Assembly: GCA_026770705.1 (NCBI GenBank)
Contig: JANJGN010000724.1
Span: 1-64,000, forward strand
Origin: Isurus oxyrinchus
Lineage: Eukaryota
Direction of reading: 5' to 3'
DNA length: 64,000 bases
The notes under the pieces are model-generated. The model was not told the DNA's origin, did no database searches, and saw only the letters and a program-made list of their open reading frames with translations. Both the position numbers and the translations under genes were made by a program. Below, in pieces: positions 63,241-64,000 of the stretch. Each line of letters opens with the position of its first letter. The first letter of the stretch is position 1.

Positions 63241-63574
63241 ATTACATTGATTAACACAAGTGATTAAAATGCTCAGCCTGTTCTGTAAATATTTATAGAT
63301 TAAAATTCTTATTTTGCTGCCAAATTCTTGCCTCAAAGAAAAGCTTCTTGTTGTCACATTTTCTCTATTATATAAATTCCTGTGCCCATCCTTATTATAG
63401 GAACTTCCAATGTAAACATGTCACATTGTAGTTGCACACTGCTGCCAGTGGTGGTGCCATTCCAAAGCTGTCTTGCTGCACAGACACAGTGAGAAATATT
63501 CTCGATGTGTACATGATGTTGTTGTTACACGGACATCAGGCGGAACCTTGGGCAGTGCCTAGAATGCACTTAGG

Positions 63575-64000
63575 ACAGTGCAGACCACACTCAGAACTGA
63601 CAGTGCAGCGTTTCCTCAGTGCTGACCCTCCGTCAGTTCAGCGCTCCCTCATTACTGTCTCTCTGACAGTGCTGCACTACCTCATTATTGACCCTTTTCA
63701 AGTGCTTCACCCCGTCATCATTGACCTTCTGACCATGCAGGATTCCCTCATGGCTGACAATCTGACAGTGCAACACTCCCTGAATACTGACCCTCTGATA
63801 CTGTACCCCTCCATCACTAATGACTTTCCGACAGTTCAGCACTCCCTAGGTACAGACACTCTGACAGGGCAGCATTCCCTCAGTATTCAAACTCCCACTA
63901 TGCAGCTGTCCCTCAGGATTCTCCCCCCCACAGTGCAGCACTCCCTCAGTACTCACCCTCCCACAGTGCAGCACTCCCTCAGTACTCACCCTCCCACAGT
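63575..64000. repeat. 33-bp minisatellite running off the window
   Basis: cagtgcagcactccctcagtact units. Confidence 0.9.

Overview
Vertebrate genomic DNA, most likely a shark or other cartilaginous fish judging by its CR1/L2 LINEs, DeuSINE-like SINEs and Gypsy LTR elements. It contains a rearranged cluster of Siglec-like (CD33-related type) Ig-superfamily receptor genes, whose exons I reconstructed by hand from splice sites and phases. Gene A (minus, ~25.8k to 8.4k) is an inhibitory-type receptor, leader-V-C2-C2-TM-tail, 471 aa. Its two cytoplasmic exons are triplicated into three complete stop-terminated cassettes: one with ITIM+ITSM, two with ITSM only. Gene D (plus, 44.6k to 63.2k) faces away from A. 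It has one leader, three tandem V-set exons (one lacking the essential sialic-acid Arg), a C2 exon almost identical to A's, and an Arg-containing TM with a short tail (activating type). Between them lie a V-less unit B (leader + Arg-TM), a pseudogene C, and an orphan terminal exon with two Tyr motifs. The rest is satellites (a 4.8-kb CCTCAT array, 33-bp and ~44-bp minisatellites), transposon debris, and one 249-N assembly gap inside gene A. There is no expression evidence, so all splicing claims are predictions.
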